The notes: generated by a model not told the origin, from the sequence alone. A stretch of 63,778 nt of DNA, filler included, from Craspedostauros australis (GCA_030167865.1; 8 parts of 8 records of this genome joined end to end with filler, not necessarily neighbours in it), one strand, 5' to 3'; positions 11,870-25,108 are shown, counted from the first letter of the whole stretch. Made by a program: numbers and translations.

Positions 11870-13610
11870 ATGGCCAAACGCAGATCGAATGGTGGCTACA
11901 ACGATGGTGGCGGCATGGGCCGTCCTCCCCACGGCGATGAACGTCGTGGCAAGCGGCAACGTCGCGAGTACTCTGGTGGTGGTCGAGGCAATGGACACGA
12001 CAACCGCATGAGCTACAACAAGACCGTCTTTGTCGGAAACCTTTCCTTCGACACGACATGGTACACGCTCAAGGACCACATGCGCCAGTGCGGCAACGTC
12101 GACGTGGTGAGTCTCTCGGCACGCAATTTTGCGTTGCCAAACAACGTGATGAGGAACGGAAAAATGGCTGCGGACCATGATCAGTCGTGGCAATGTGCAC
12201 ATCTTCGAAGAACTCTGCAACGTACTCTTTGCTCATGCGTTTGCGCATCCATTCGTTCATCCATTCATTTGTCTGCTCATGCATTTACTCATATTCTACA
12301 ACATATTCCATTCCATTTTCCGATTTCAACAACAACAATGACAACGACATTTCCAGGCCAACATCTTGATCCACCCTGATGGCTCATCGAAAGGCTGCGC
12401 GTTGGTGGATTACCAAGACGCCAGAGATGCGCAGCGCGCCCTGCGCGAGCTGAATCACACAATGCTGGATGGACGCAGCATTTCCGTCATCCCTGACACC
12501 AACGATGAAGGCGCCAATGACCGTCGCATGCCAGCTTCGCACCCACCATCCGCTTCGTCGTCGTCAGCACAAACCGCGACCGTGTTTGTTGGCAACATCC
12601 CGTATGAATGCAAAGGATCGGAAGTTCGCAACATGTTCAGTAAGTTTGGCAGGATTCTCAGCGTCGAGCTACCGCAGAGACAGAATGGCAGACCCAAAGG
12701 CTTCGCGCTCGTGGAGTTCAAGCATTCTGACGATGCCTCCGACGCCATCGAACAGATGCACCGATACCAATTCCAGGGCAGACGATTGGATGTCACTCTC
12801 AGCCGGGAAAGCAGCAGCGATGGCAAGCGCGGTGGTGGTGACTTTGGCGGTGACTCTTTCCATGACCAACGCAACCACAGCGGACCTTCATCGACTCCTC
12901 CATCCCCCATCATCCTCTTCGTGGGCAACATCCCACCCAACACGCGCTGGCAGGACCTGAAGGATCACATCCGAACCACGTCCGGTCCCATCGCCGACGA
13001 CATCCAGGTCCATGAAGGAATCCGCAGGACGTACAGCACCGTCATGCTCAAGAGCGGCATCACCATGGACAACGCACAACATTGCATCGATCGCCTCAAT
13101 CGCAGTCGATTCCAAAACCAAGTGCTCGAGGTCAGGTTCGATCGCAAGGACGCGCAGAGCCACGCGGCCGCACCGCCGCCGCAACAGCAACAGCCCAAAC
13201 CGGCCACCTACAGCGATCGCAACATCTTCGTGCGCAATCTGGCGTATGGCACGTCGTGGCAGAACCTGAAGGACCACGTGCGCAAGCATTGCAGCGGCTT
13301 TGGCGTCCATTCGGCCGATATCATTGGCGATTACCGCAGCGGCAAGAGCAAGGGCGTGGGGACAGTCACATTCGACACGCACGATGAGGCGGTCAAGGCC
13401 GTGGACATTCTCGACGGCACGGACTTGGATGGTCGCGCTCTGGAAGTGCGTCTGGATCGGCCGCCACCCAACAGCGGCGACGGTGTGCCCAGCGAGAAGA
13501 GGGAGCGGCCGGCACGCAACAACAACATCAAGAAGGAGGAGAACACGGCGGAGGTCATGGAGTACAACTTGGAGGCTGCCTTGGATGGTGCGCTGTCTTC
13601 CTCCAGATGA
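11870..13610 (+). CDS. Multi-RRM RNA/ssDNA-binding protein, Gbp2/Hrb1/GBP1-like, 2 exons (11870-12106, 12357-13610)
   Basis: Four RRM-like units (VFVGNLSF..W..LKDHMR, VFVGNIPY...KGFALVEF, LFVGNIPP..WQDLKDH, IFVRNLAY..SWQNLKDH...SKGVGTV). The phase-0 GTGAGT...TTCCAG intron restores RRM1. Confidence 0.88.
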
Positions 13611-13972
13611 TGATGATGAAAATGATGGAATGAGTTAAGATACTGACACTGCTGCTCTTTGAAAGCGTGGCGCACCGCTAGATACAATTGCCCGCTCTGA
13701 ACTAACGCAAAACAAGTTAATTTGAGTCAAGCCGACATTCCATCTTTCTCTTGCAGTACCATACATGCACAAGTTGTCATTGTAGCAGAACACGAGAAGT
13801 GGAGCATTTGGATTGAATCGTCCCTACGAGAGTGAATTGAGTGTGCTTGTGGTGGTGTTCTTCCATTGGCGCCAAGCATGGTAAAGAGACAGCGATGTTT
13901 TTTTTCTCCCAATGACTCTACTCCACCTCCGATCACATCGCATCACACAGTTCACGTCATGCCATTTTCCTT

Positions 13973-15069
13973 TCATGCCGTCGCCGACGGCGTCGTGAGA
14001 TCCACATCGGCGTCTTCATCGTAAAAGTACTGCGCGGGCACGGGTATGACGTACCGACTCGGCACGCGACGATGCGGCGTGTTGCCGGTGCCGTCCTCAT
14101 CGTCTTCGAACTTGACGATGATCTCCTTGACGGCCGGCACGCCGGTGTAACGATCGAGCTTCCACAGGGGCGCCTTGCTGACCTTGGCCTTGTAGAAGGA
14201 GGTCGTCTCGGGAAAGATGGCCATGCAATCGGCCCCCTTCTCGAAGCAGGCTTCCGTACCAGTCGACAAGCGCATGACGTGCGACCACGGCAGGCGGATC
14301 AGCTTGGACGTGTCGTCCTCATCCTGCACATCGTACGTGGCCGTGTCGGAATAGAATCGCTGCACGGATGCCAGGATCCAGGAACCGTTCTCGTCCGTGC
14401 GCGTGACCTTGGCCGCGACCTGCTCCCCGGGTCGTGCCGATGTCTTGTTGCGCTTGCGTTTGCGCACGTGGACGGGGAAGAGGGCGTCGTAATGCGCCGT
14501 GGTCCGCGAGTATTCCGTCTTGGCGTTCGTGCCGCTGCCGCCGACCTCGAGGCGTTGCAGGAATCCGCCGACGCAGGCCTCCTCGTCGACCTCCATCTGT
14601 TCGAAGTGACGTGCGACCGCGACGGCCAGTTCCGATGGCGGTGCTTCCTGTCGCACGGATACGCCTGTTGATATTGTGTTGCATGCATTGTGCATGTGGA
14701 TTGCGGACGTGTGCACGAAACACATTTGGATGATCACCCGATGTGCGATGCGTGCATCAGAGGTTGGTGAGCAATGGGTGTCAGGAGATTGGGGATGACA
14801 TGATGATGGATGACTCAATGACATGATACGCATGGCATCAGCAGACCACCCAGCAGGTATATGAGCAACGCGTGGACATCGCACTCACCATGATGATCGA
14901 TGTAACTGGCCAAAGTGAGGCCAGCCAGCTTGCGGAAGTCCAACCCAACACCGCGCGGATAGGATCGCGAATGCGACGTCTTTCCCGACGATCGGCGGCG
15001 TGGATACGATGGAGCGGAGGATCCCGTTCCTCCACCGCCATTGTCGCTTCCCAGCGTTGAGGTCTGCAT
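13973..15069 (-). CDS. SGF29-like tandem Tudor protein with N-terminal SAP30 Sin3-binding-like domain, 2 exons (15069-14889, 14664-13973)
   Basis: The C-terminal half has SGF29 motifs (PGEQVAAK..WILASV..YDVQDED; AIFPETTSFYKA; KFEDDED..VPSRYVI). The phase-1 GTGAGT...AACAG intron joins LDFRKL..LTLASYIDHHG to VSVRQ..ELAVAVARHFEQMEVDEEACVGGFL. Confidence 0.85.
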
Positions 15070-15952
15070 GCTTGCCACGCTGCGTTCGGCCGTCTGTGGC
15101 TGTTGTGAATCGAGGTCCTGTTGGATGAGCACGACCTGCGGAGTATGAATTGATCGGCTGTTGCTTGCGTTGGATGCACAGATAGCGGTGATGCTCTTCT
15201 TCTCTCTCTGTCTCCACGCTCGCGATGAAACCAAGGGATCACGAGGCAATGAGGAAGCGATGTAGAGGATGATGCCAACCCAACCCAAGTATTATATGAT
15301 ACTCTCCAGAATAGTAGAATAGCAGCAGACGGAGTATGGAGCAGATGAAGTGCGCCGCTTCTCCTCTCTTCCTTGCTTTGCTTTGGCTTTGGCTTGGTCT
15401 TGCATTTGTGATGTTTGGTGTTCGCGCGTTGCCATCTTGTTCGGTTTGGCCTCTTGGCGCAATGTGTCGATTGACAAAAATGTCGCCGCCGTCTCATTCA
15501 CGCTTCTTCTTTCAGCTTGCGGGATACACACACGTACTTGTGGAGTGTTTTCTGAAAGTCGCTTGATTACGCCGACTGGCTAGCAAATCGAACAAATCGA
15601 GACATGCGTCAGTTCGACACAACGCATTCCGCCAAGTTGACCATGGCGCAAGGGTGATGTCAGACAGCGGCGGATCTTCCGATGGATCGGCAATGTGCGA
15701 TGGCATCACGGTGAAAGAAGAACCGCACCCACCATGAAGGCGGATTGTTCTTGTCGTCACAAAGATACACACCACAGATGCGGCACTTCACCACATTTGT
15801 CCAGACAAGACCACATTCTCCATCGGAATACTGCTGCATCTAACCTGCACTGCAACTCAGGCACTTGAACCACCACCGCAACAACAGCAGCAGCTTCCGA
15901 CAAGCGCATTCAATCGATATTCCACAAACGAAAACAATCCGAACAAGAAACA

Positions 15953-16943
15953 ATGAAGATCAGTTTGGGAACCAGCCTCGTGCTGATGGCGACCGCCGTC
16001 TCGGCATTCCAGACGCCACAACCCACGACGACAACGGCGCTGTCCATGTCGGCCGATGAAGATGCCGCCATCAGCAGACGAGGCATGTTCCAGAATGCGA
16101 TCGCGACGGCCGCTGTCGGTGCGATGTTCGTGCCGGACGCGGCCTTTGCGTCAGGCGGTGCCACGGCTGGCAAGTACACGTGAGTTTGGTTTGTCTGGCC
16201 ATGTCGCTGCATTGATTTCTTGCGATGTGTGCATGCGGGAACAGCAGAATATGCAATGCCAGTACAATGCAGGTGATTGCCACTACAATTGTATGGCTGC
16301 ATCGGGACTGTCTTGTTTCTCACCCTTGCACCATGATTGACTGCACGACATACCTATCGCCATCGCAACTATTCTATAATCCATATTCCATGCTTCACGG
16401 AATTCCCAAAACAGAACCATCCCGATCGCCAAGCGACGATACTACGGACGCGTGCAGGCCGCCGTCCACGACTTCCTCCTCCTCGGACCGTCCGTCATCA
16501 AGGGCGATATGTCCGACCCCACCATCCAAACCTTCTTCGACTCCAACGCCCTCGTCGTCGTCAAGGCCAAGCGCAAGGACGTCAACGGCCAGTGCACGAA
16601 GAAGGACAACGACTGCAAGGGACAGGAGATCCGCGATTCGCCCTACAACGACATGAAGACCTCCATGTACCTGCTGGGCAACGCCTTCCGCATCAACCAG
16701 ACGAAGGCACCCGACAATCTGCCCACCGTGCGCGCCGCCAAGGCATTCTTCAAGGACATGGACGCCATGGAGAAGCGCGTCAGGAAGGGCAAGGCCAACG
16801 ATTCGGCCGCCATCGCCAATTACGCCGCGGCGTTGCAGGTGTTGGATGAGTATCTGGATCTCGTCGAGCTGCCGCCCACGGAATCGGGGCATTACGATAA
16901 GGAATTCAGTCGCGAGGTTGGTGACAGCGCCCGCATCACCTAA
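15953..16943 (+). CDS. Plastid thylakoid-lumen protein (signal peptide + transit + twin-arginine Tat signal), 2 exons (15953-16179, 16415-16943)
   Basis: MKISLGTSLVLMATAVSA-FQ bipartite presequence, then SRRGMF...hydrophobic...AFA lumenal signal. The GTGAGT...ACAG intron gives a continuous ...GKYTTIPIAKRRYYGRV. Strongly C-ending codons suggest high expression. Confidence 0.85.
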
Positions 16944-17788
16944 ACTTTGCGTGTTGCAAATTGCGAATTGTATGGTGACGAAGACATTGACGCCGATATT
17001 GGCGTTGGCATTGGCGTTGGCATTGATTGTGACGATGATCTGGATGATCTGATGGGAGCTAGCAGTATCATGCGAATTGTGAGACGGAAGGCATGGTCGT
17101 GGAGCAGAGCCTCGTGCGGAACGCAACGCAACGACAAGCTAAGAACGATGTCGAGAACGATGACGAGAACGATTGGAACATGAGACTGCGCAATCTGTAT
17201 GTTCCATTGCGTGGACTGCTTGATTGACTGATCGAATCTTCGAGAATAGAGAAGAGCAAACCAACACATGGACATTCACTCGGCTTTTCTGGAGATATCA
17301 TCGACGCCAGGATGCTCACATACATGCAAAAGCCGGAACTGATGGTGCCACCACTTCCTCTGCAAAACAAGAACAGCTTCAACGGCGCCCGCACCATACA
17401 TCCAGTTAACTAGAGAAGGTTGTATTGCTATCACCAGTGTTTGGAATGCTATTATTTGTCACATCAAGATTACGAAAGAGCATGTTTGGAGCATCGTACC
17501 ATACGTCATGATATCTGTGCTGTGTGCATGTATCATGAGCATTGCGTACATGGATGAGTGCATGTTGTTCATACACGCCAAGTAATGGAAGATGCACTTC
17601 ACCCATACGGAGAGACTCCTTGGATTCTCCACCGCCACGACCGCCCGGAGATGCCTGATTTTCTCTTTTCCTGACACAGAACGAAGCCAGAATCATTAAT
17701 TATTGAGCCAGACGAAACAAACAAAAACGAACCAAGTCCTCCACTCGCACAACGCAACAACTTGCACGATCACAACCATCACATCATC

Positions 17789-18546
17789 ATGAGATCGTTG
17801 CTCACCCTCGCAACCAAGGCCGCCTCGAGACGCATGCTTTGCACCACAGCGGTGCGGACCCGCCAGCTGCGTCTCCCATTGCCGTCGTTGAGCGCCGTGC
17901 CCTCGTATTCGTACAGCACATCCCTGTTTGCGTCATCAGGCGAAGGGAAAAGCGACGACAGCGTTCTCGTGACTTCCACAAAATCGGCGAATTCGACGCA
18001 GGACTCGACGGGTAAGTGATCGTTACGGTTTTCGATCTTTGAAACGGCAGCTCCGGAGCCAACGGCGCATCTCGCTCATGCTCGTGTCGAGCAAAGCAGA
18101 ACAGTGCATGCGAGTGAGATGCTGTACTCTGCCATGCTATGCCATGTCATGCCATGAACCTTTCACTCACAGCACAATGTGTCCTTTGCCGTCCCTTCAT
18201 GCCGCCGCCACCACGTCGTATCGTATTCGCTATCCGTACGGTTATCGCTGCATACTCGTGACGACACACAATCTCATCTCAAACAATTCGACGAGCAGTC
18301 TCTGCTGCTGCTGCATCGCAGGATGACGGCAGCAACGAGAAGGTCCTGATCAGCGCTTGCGGTGATGTCAACGAAGATGGAGATGATGACGACGATGACA
18401 TGGAGGAAGAGGAGATGTTCGTCGATGCGCACGAGACCTTCCAGTTCCATCAACGCGAGTGGGGTGGACCGAGACGCGGCGGGCGGCTGCCGGAGCCAAC
18501 CAGGTTCGGTGACTGGGAACGCAAGGGACGGTGCACCGATTTCTAG
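17789..18546 (+). CDS. SDHAF4: Succinate dehydrogenase assembly factor 4 (DUF1674), mitochondrial, 2 exons (17789-18011, 18299-18546)
   Basis: Arg/Ser-rich mitochondrial presequence. Exon 2, read in a frame absent from the ORF track, ends EWGGPRRGGRLPEPTRFGDWERKGRCTDF*, the diagnostic DUF1674 C-terminus. The exact acceptor (18299) is inferred from phase. Confidence 0.9.
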
Positions 18547-19707
18547 AGAGAGAGCATGGAAAAGAACGAGTGAAGAGACGCAGGAGGAAAGATATGTGAT
18601 AGAGCAGGTTCATAGTTGGCACAATACGAGCACGGTGAAGTTCCTCTACACTACTTGTCAGGATATGCCACAACAATCATCCAAAGCGCACTTCCGCAAA
18701 CGATGGTTCCAGTGATCAAAATGTCCAAGCCAGTGCACACATCACTGAGATGTATAATAGTCCTATTCGATACCGCCATTAGATGATGGTAGCGCCTTAT
18801 CTTCGACCAAGTCTTCAACCCAAACCGAGGCACTATACACGTGAGGGCAGAACGGTTGATGCCGCCAATCCCATGACAATGCATGTCTTGCGTTGAGGGC
18901 GTTGAGCTTGTTCCACCTTCACCATTGTCCACGCAATTGCACCCAACGTCTTGTTGCTTTGCGTTGGGTGGTGCGCAAACGTTTCAGTGATTAGGCACAA
19001 GGTGCTCGCAGCGTGGTTTGAATTTGAAATTATTGTTGGGCCATTTAGGCGCCTTCGACCATGTTGGCGATTCCCAAGATCAAGTGCGCCGAGCCAACAA
19101 CAAAATCTGTCGTCGCCTCATTTTTTGTCCGCATCCGGCCAATCAACCGACCAACAACCACCGGACAAGCGGGACAAGTCCACTAGCTTCGGTGACACGT
19201 GAGGAAACAAGACTTTTGTTCCTTTACCACATGCGAGCGGCAGCCTGGATGATGTGTGCAATGAAGAAAGGAGGATGAGATGTGGGAAAAGAAGCAATTC
19301 AGCAAGTGAAGAACTGGTGCAAGGAGGACAACACCATGTTCGTATCGAAGTTGCACTGTCCGCCCAAAGTGAAGTGGAGAAGTTGTTTGTGGTTTGAAAA
19401 AAAGGAATTAGATATTTTTATGATTGACATGAGGACCTGGCACCGCTTCAGTGTGTTTTTTGTGTATTGTTTTCGTGTGTGCTTGGGTGCAGATCGTTCA
19501 TGAAATGAATTTGTCGTAGAGGGTTCTATTTGATTTGGTTGATTGATGGATGATGGTGTGGCTGTCCATGCCGCTGATGTGACTTCGATCTTCTTCGAGC
19601 TCTTTGTTGTCGGTAATGTTTGATTGTTGTCGTTTTTGTGTTTGGTTTTGTGATTGGAGTTGCTTTGGATTTGGGACACGTGCGTTGCAGTGCTTTGGGT
19701 CCCCAAG

Positions 19708-21212
19708 TTAGGCATCCGCTTCATCTGCCGAGAGGTTCGGGGTGATGAGATGCGGGTAGAATGCGCGAGGTGGGTCAGCGGAGAATGTGACTCGGCGCTT
19801 CCTTCGCGAGTTGCAGCTATCGTCGGGAGACACCAGATGGATCAGAGGCTGTTCTTGTGGCGGCGGAGATGAGCATCTCATGCGCTTGCAGCATGGCTCT
19901 TCGACTGGGATGGAGCAGTCGGCTGGAAGTGTCTCCAAGGAGTCGAAGCTGCGCTTGGACGACAGACCAGTGCATTGCAGGTGGGACAGGACGTCGCGTG
20001 CAGATGTTCCCAACGCGTTATACCTGGTGTTGTTCTGGACGATGATGCTGGTTCTGGAGTATGCCATTGACTTGGCCGCGGTTGATGCTGGCGCATCAGT
20101 TGCAGGCACGGTATGTGGCACGGAGCTGATGCTGGCCGAGAGATCGTTGAGACGAAAGCTGAACGACTTGAGCATGAAGCACGGGGCGCCCTCGCCACCG
20201 AAGCGGATCATGCTGCCCTGCCGTATCTTGTGCGGGACGATGACGCCTCCAGCTTGTGGAGTCGAGTGGATGCGTGCGCCGTTGACGTACGTTCCATGTG
20301 CGGATCCGCAGTCGACGATGTAGCAGCTTCCGTTCGAGTGATGGAAGAGCAGGGCGTGTCTTCGCGACGACGTCGCGTGAAGCAGCTGCACGTTGTTGGA
20401 TGGTGATCGGCCAATTCGGAAAACGGCTTGTGTTGTCAGGTCGACTGGTGTTTGGACGCAGTCGCAGACAGGCTGTTGGAGTTGATGGAAACGACGATGT
20501 GGATGTTGGTTTGCGTGTTTGAAATGCGGATAGATTGGGGAAAAGCAAGAAGGGAAAAGACCGTGTCAGTTGTGGGTCAAACATGAAGGGAGGTTGATTG
20601 TGACATGCGCTTCAGTTCTTCCCATTGTTGCTGGCGCTGTGAGCAACACCGGAAGGGTGGAAACATCCTGGGCAAAGCTGGTTGTGGTTGTTGCTACAGC
20701 TCTTGCTGACGTACCTCAAGACGCGCGTCACCTCGGGCTGGGACGGCCCATGATGGTGCCTCGATGTTGGAGATCGGTCTGTGTGGCATGGTGTTGTTTG
20801 CGTTGTTGCTGCTGCTATTGTTGATGCCGTGATTGGTTTGGTTTGCGCGTTCTGTGGATGCCAGACGTTCAAGTTGTGAGCACAGCAGCTGTTGTTGTTG
20901 AACAGTCAAGAGGCTGGTGTTTGTGTTGACACTGCCATGGTTGTTGCCGATGATGGCTTTGTTGCCGTCGCTACCGTTGTTGCAGTTGCGTCTGTCAGTG
21001 TGCGTTGAAGAGTCCCACAGCTCGCTGGAGCCGTTATTTGATGGGATTGAGGGTGCGCATTGCTGAAACTGGTGTGAGAGAGGAGAGGTGTCATCGCCGG
21101 ATACAAAATGGCGAGACCTTCTCTCCTGTGCACCGCAGCTCAACTCTGCGCGGGGGATCGAACCGCAAAGTCGAACATTGACTCGAGGAAGGGAGAGCAC
21201 CGTCGTGGTCAT
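19708..21212 (-). CDS. FHA-domain protein with PP1-docking RVxF motif (NIPP1/PPP1R8-like), 2 exons (~21212-20715, 20472-19708)
   Basis: Splicing GTACGT...AACAG gives PSWAVPARGDARLE-PVC...FRIGRSP..SSRRHA..DCGSAHGTYVNG..IRFG (FHA domain), followed by KRRVTF near the C-terminus. The start codon is uncertain because the ORF stays open to 21659. Confidence 0.8.
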
Positions 21213-24200
21213 GTGTGCGCTGGGGTTGTTGTGAGGATGATGCTGTATGAGCAGTTGTTGGGGTTGTGACTGTTGTTGTTGATTGTGTCGTTTCTCTGAT
21301 TTGGGCTTCGTGGGACTGGTGGCGACGAATGTGGGATTCGACGTTGGAAAAGAAGCGAAAGGCTGAGGTTGCTCTGAGCTTGATGCCTGGTTGTGGGTAT
21401 GGTTTATGTTGTTTTTGATGTTGTTGTTGTCGACGACGTTGATGTTGTCTTTTCTTGGGGCTTCTTGTTGGGGTGGGATGGTGGGTGTGTTTGTGGGTAT
21501 CGTTGTTGTTGTTGTTGTTGGAGGACGAGAAGGCTGGAATTGACCACTCGGGAGAGGGGGATAAACCCAATCAAGAAAGCGGACAGAATCAACCTCTGTT
21601 GTTGTATCGTCGATGTCGTCAATGTTGGTATCGTTCCAGTTCGATGGGCAGCGGTTCAAGAGCGCGCCATGGTGGAGACGGTGACGATGAAGCCATGTTC
21701 AGCATGAAGCGCAGTGTTGGTGTACAACGAAAGGAGGAGAGAGAAGCAAGAAGAGACGGGTGAGTCTGGTGTTGGAAAAGGGTTGTTGTTGTTTGACACG
21801 AAGCAGCAGCAGCCCGGTTTTCCGACCAGCTCACAACCACAGACAGCTGCAAGCACCAACATCGACCCGTTTCCTCGTGCTTTTCCGTGTTGCAGCCTTA
21901 TTCCTGTACAGTGGACTGGGTCGTGTCGCTCGTTGGCTGCGGGTGTCCGCGTCTCGCCGTGTTATTCTTGGAGAAAGAAATCAGACCTCGTGGTCACCCT
22001 CCGATAGCAATAATTGGAATGTGTCGTGCATCATGTCGCACCCTTATGTAGCGTGACAAAGAGGCTGTTGTGGTTTGTGAACGCTGGCGCGGCGGGCGTG
22101 CTGCTCTTCGTGCATCAACAACAACAAGCACCACCACAGTAACGTGATCGTTGCTTTGGTTCATGGTTGTTGTCGTTGTTTTTGCTCTGGGAGACAACAC
22201 GCAAGGTGCCTGGACCCGCACGTTTGCCAACCAACCCGCCAACACCACGACAACAACGGTAATGGCCAAAAGGGTGACAACGATGATTTTGAGCAGAGCA
22301 TCCGTGCTGGTGCTGGTTGTTGCTTCATCATCATCATCATCATCGCCATGGAAATGGCGGCTGCGGGCGTCCGTCATGCTTACCGACTGAATTTACTGAA
22401 AGGAGACAGGTTGCATTATAGGAGTGATTTGTACAAAAGGTGAAGATGGCTGCTCGTCAACTTGATGCGGCAGTCTTTGGGGAGAGGGGGGTTGCGTCTT
22501 TGTGCCGTGCTGTGGTGTGGTGTGCTGCGGTGTGCTTTTTGTGGTGGGAAGAGGTTTGTTTCACGGAGAGGGGGTTTCGGCACAAAATTGTGCGCACATC
22601 GAGGCGTCCACCCGCTTGTTTTCGTGGTTGTTCGTGCTCCTCGTGGGCGAGCAGCACGAAGAGTCGTGAGGTGAGGCGTTTTTTGTTCGTGGTGTTCCTG
22701 TGTTAACGGCGTTGTGTGTTCGTACGAGTGCTCGGTGTTGCTGTGTGTTGCTGTGTGTTGTGTTTGTTTTGGGTGAGAGGCAGATGGTTGCTGTCTCTTG
22801 TCGCGTGTGGGCTCGGTAGGGCCCTCACAGGCGTTTGCCATTTCAGTACCAGCACGTAGAATTGTACACCAGACCGGCACTCAAAATCGATTCAGTCGAC
22901 CAATCTCATACACGAATCAACTCGTGACATGATGAGAACGTTGAAAATGTCAGAAACAACACGCGACGAACGCACACGCAACCTGCACGCAACACGGGAT
23001 GTCTCCAAAAACGCGAACAGCACATCAACTCCCACCCATTCCGTCCACAATTTCAGCCTCTGCGCGTATTCTACCCGCCATTTTATCATGCTAATACTGG
23101 TGCGGTTGGTATCGGTTGAGCAGCGTACCAACTCATGCTGTGCGAGCTGCTCCTTCCAGAGTGCAGTTCGTATGGCGGGTCGCACGACGACCAAAGGCGC
23201 TGGACCATTTTGTCCACAGTCTTGATTCTTCGGGTTCTGATATCTGTTTGCCTGTTCCTACGCGATGGCATGATTCCGTCTTCTTGTTGTGACAGTCTTC
23301 TGCATTTTCGATGTTGGCATCGTCATGATACTTTTCGACGCAAGCAGCGATAACCATTTGAGATGTCATCGGCACTTGCTGTGGAGGAGGATGGATGGGG
23401 GTGGGGATACGAGCTTGAGAATAGAAAAGTGTTGATACTTGTCGTCATAGTCGTAGGTAGCTCGCATGGTACGAACGCTTCGGGCGAAGAGATGTGTCTT
23501 GCCGCTGCCCAGCGATTCCCTTCCTTGTTTGCCTTCTTGAACATCGAGTCTGTGGGAATTCGGGAGCGGGTCGATCGGTACAAGGGAACCCGAAGAAAGG
23601 CGAGAATGCGAAGACAGATGCGGTTGTTTGCCAAACAGCCACGAGCTCGAGAGGGTAGAAGCCACAGAAAGGACCGAGATTCAGGTATCGTGACAAAAAC
23701 TTGTTTAGTTGCGGAAAATCGGGAACTGCGCAGCCAAGGAACGAAAAGAGAAACGCAGCCAGACAACGGCGAACGGAAGAATCACTCGCGTCGGAATTGA
23801 AGATTCGTCCCAATTGATGCACGCTTCGCCTCTCCTTCTTTGCGATGACTTCATGGATCACAGGTGCAAACATCATGGAGGGGTGGCTGGGAGGGGTTGG
23901 TCAGTTGGTCGGTTGGTTGCTGTTCCTGGATTTTGGATGACTTGGTTGTTCCCTGGAGCCTCACTCGCCATCATGTGCGGTTGCAACCAACGTGCCAACA
24001 TTTCACGCAAGATGCGAAACGTTGCTCCGGATTCATGCCACACATGCACATAGAAGACTGCGCGAACTTGTCCACCAGCCGTGCGCCGTGCGCCGTTGCC
24101 CTCTGCTCATGGTTGCTCGACCTTACTTGAATAGCGTCGCTGATGCCTGGACGCGTGACATTGACACGGAGATGAACATGTTGGCAAACCATGCGAGTAC

Positions 24201-25008
24201 ACAACCGTGGTCATCGCTGGTATCCCTTGCTGTTTTTTCATTCGTTTGCATGATTGCAATCGCCATGTGTGAGTCGGCCGTGTTTCTGTGCTGCATGCGG
24301 TTCTGCATGCTGGAACGAGATCATGCAAGATCGCAAACAAGACAGCAGGCAGCCAACCAAGGGAAGCGAACAGGCAGGCAAGTTGTTGGCATCTGCGGGA
24401 ACGAGAAAAGCGACCCTCCGTCGCACAGCGCGCTTCCCGACGGAAAGTGCTTCGTGGCAGCCTTTCGCGACCAAGAACAATCGATCTCATCCATCACGGA
24501 ACAGATGAAGCGCGTACTCTCAAGGATGAACGGAAACAAGTGAGTTCGTCCTCTTTCGTGGTTGAAGGCAGATGCGAGACGCGAACTCCCTAGGGGGGCA
24601 GTTCAAAATGCAATAATTGGCTCTATTTCATAGCGTTTAAGTCATAAATTGCTTGTTTCCGCCTAGTTCTTATCCTCGACGGAANNNNNNNNNNNNNNNG
24701 TTCTTTTTTGGATAATTGGTGCTTTCCCCCCAAAATTCGCCCGAGTTGCTTTCGCTCTTCGTCATTGCTCCATTTCCCCACTTTACGCTGCGTCGGTGTT
24801 TGCTGCGCGTGTTTTCGTCTCCGGTCCGCGCAAAACAAGGCTGCTGTCTTGGGCCAGCACAGAGCACACAAAACTCACAACCCCAACACTCTCCACAGAG
24901 ATCGTTGCTCCACAGAGCACTTCATTCCTGTTACAATCACAATCACAACAACAACCACAACAGGTACAGCAACATCACCACCGCAACAGTGTTTCGTCCA
25001 TGGGTGGC

Positions 25009-25108
25009 NNNNNNNNNNNNNNNNNNNNNNNNNNNNNNNNNNNNNNNNNNNNTTAATTAATTAANNNNNNNNNNNNNNNNNNNNNNNNNNNNNNNNNNNN
25101 NNNNNNNN
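25009..25108. other. Assembly gap linker N-TTAATTAATTAA-N (also at ~32853, 49218, 57534, 58827, 60847, 62483)
   Basis: Identical 12-mer with stops in all six frames, centred in ~100-base N blocks; an artificial scaffolding spacer. Confidence 0.97.

Noticed and set aside
21700..24680. Cluster of 60-180-aa ORFs on both strands
   Set aside because: Low-complexity, CAA/GTT-rich intergenic composition with no coding signature.
25053..25064. Recurrent TTAATTAATTAA palindrome as a biological motif (e.g. piggyBac TTAA site)
   Set aside because: Always centred in N blocks of the same size; an artificial gap linker.
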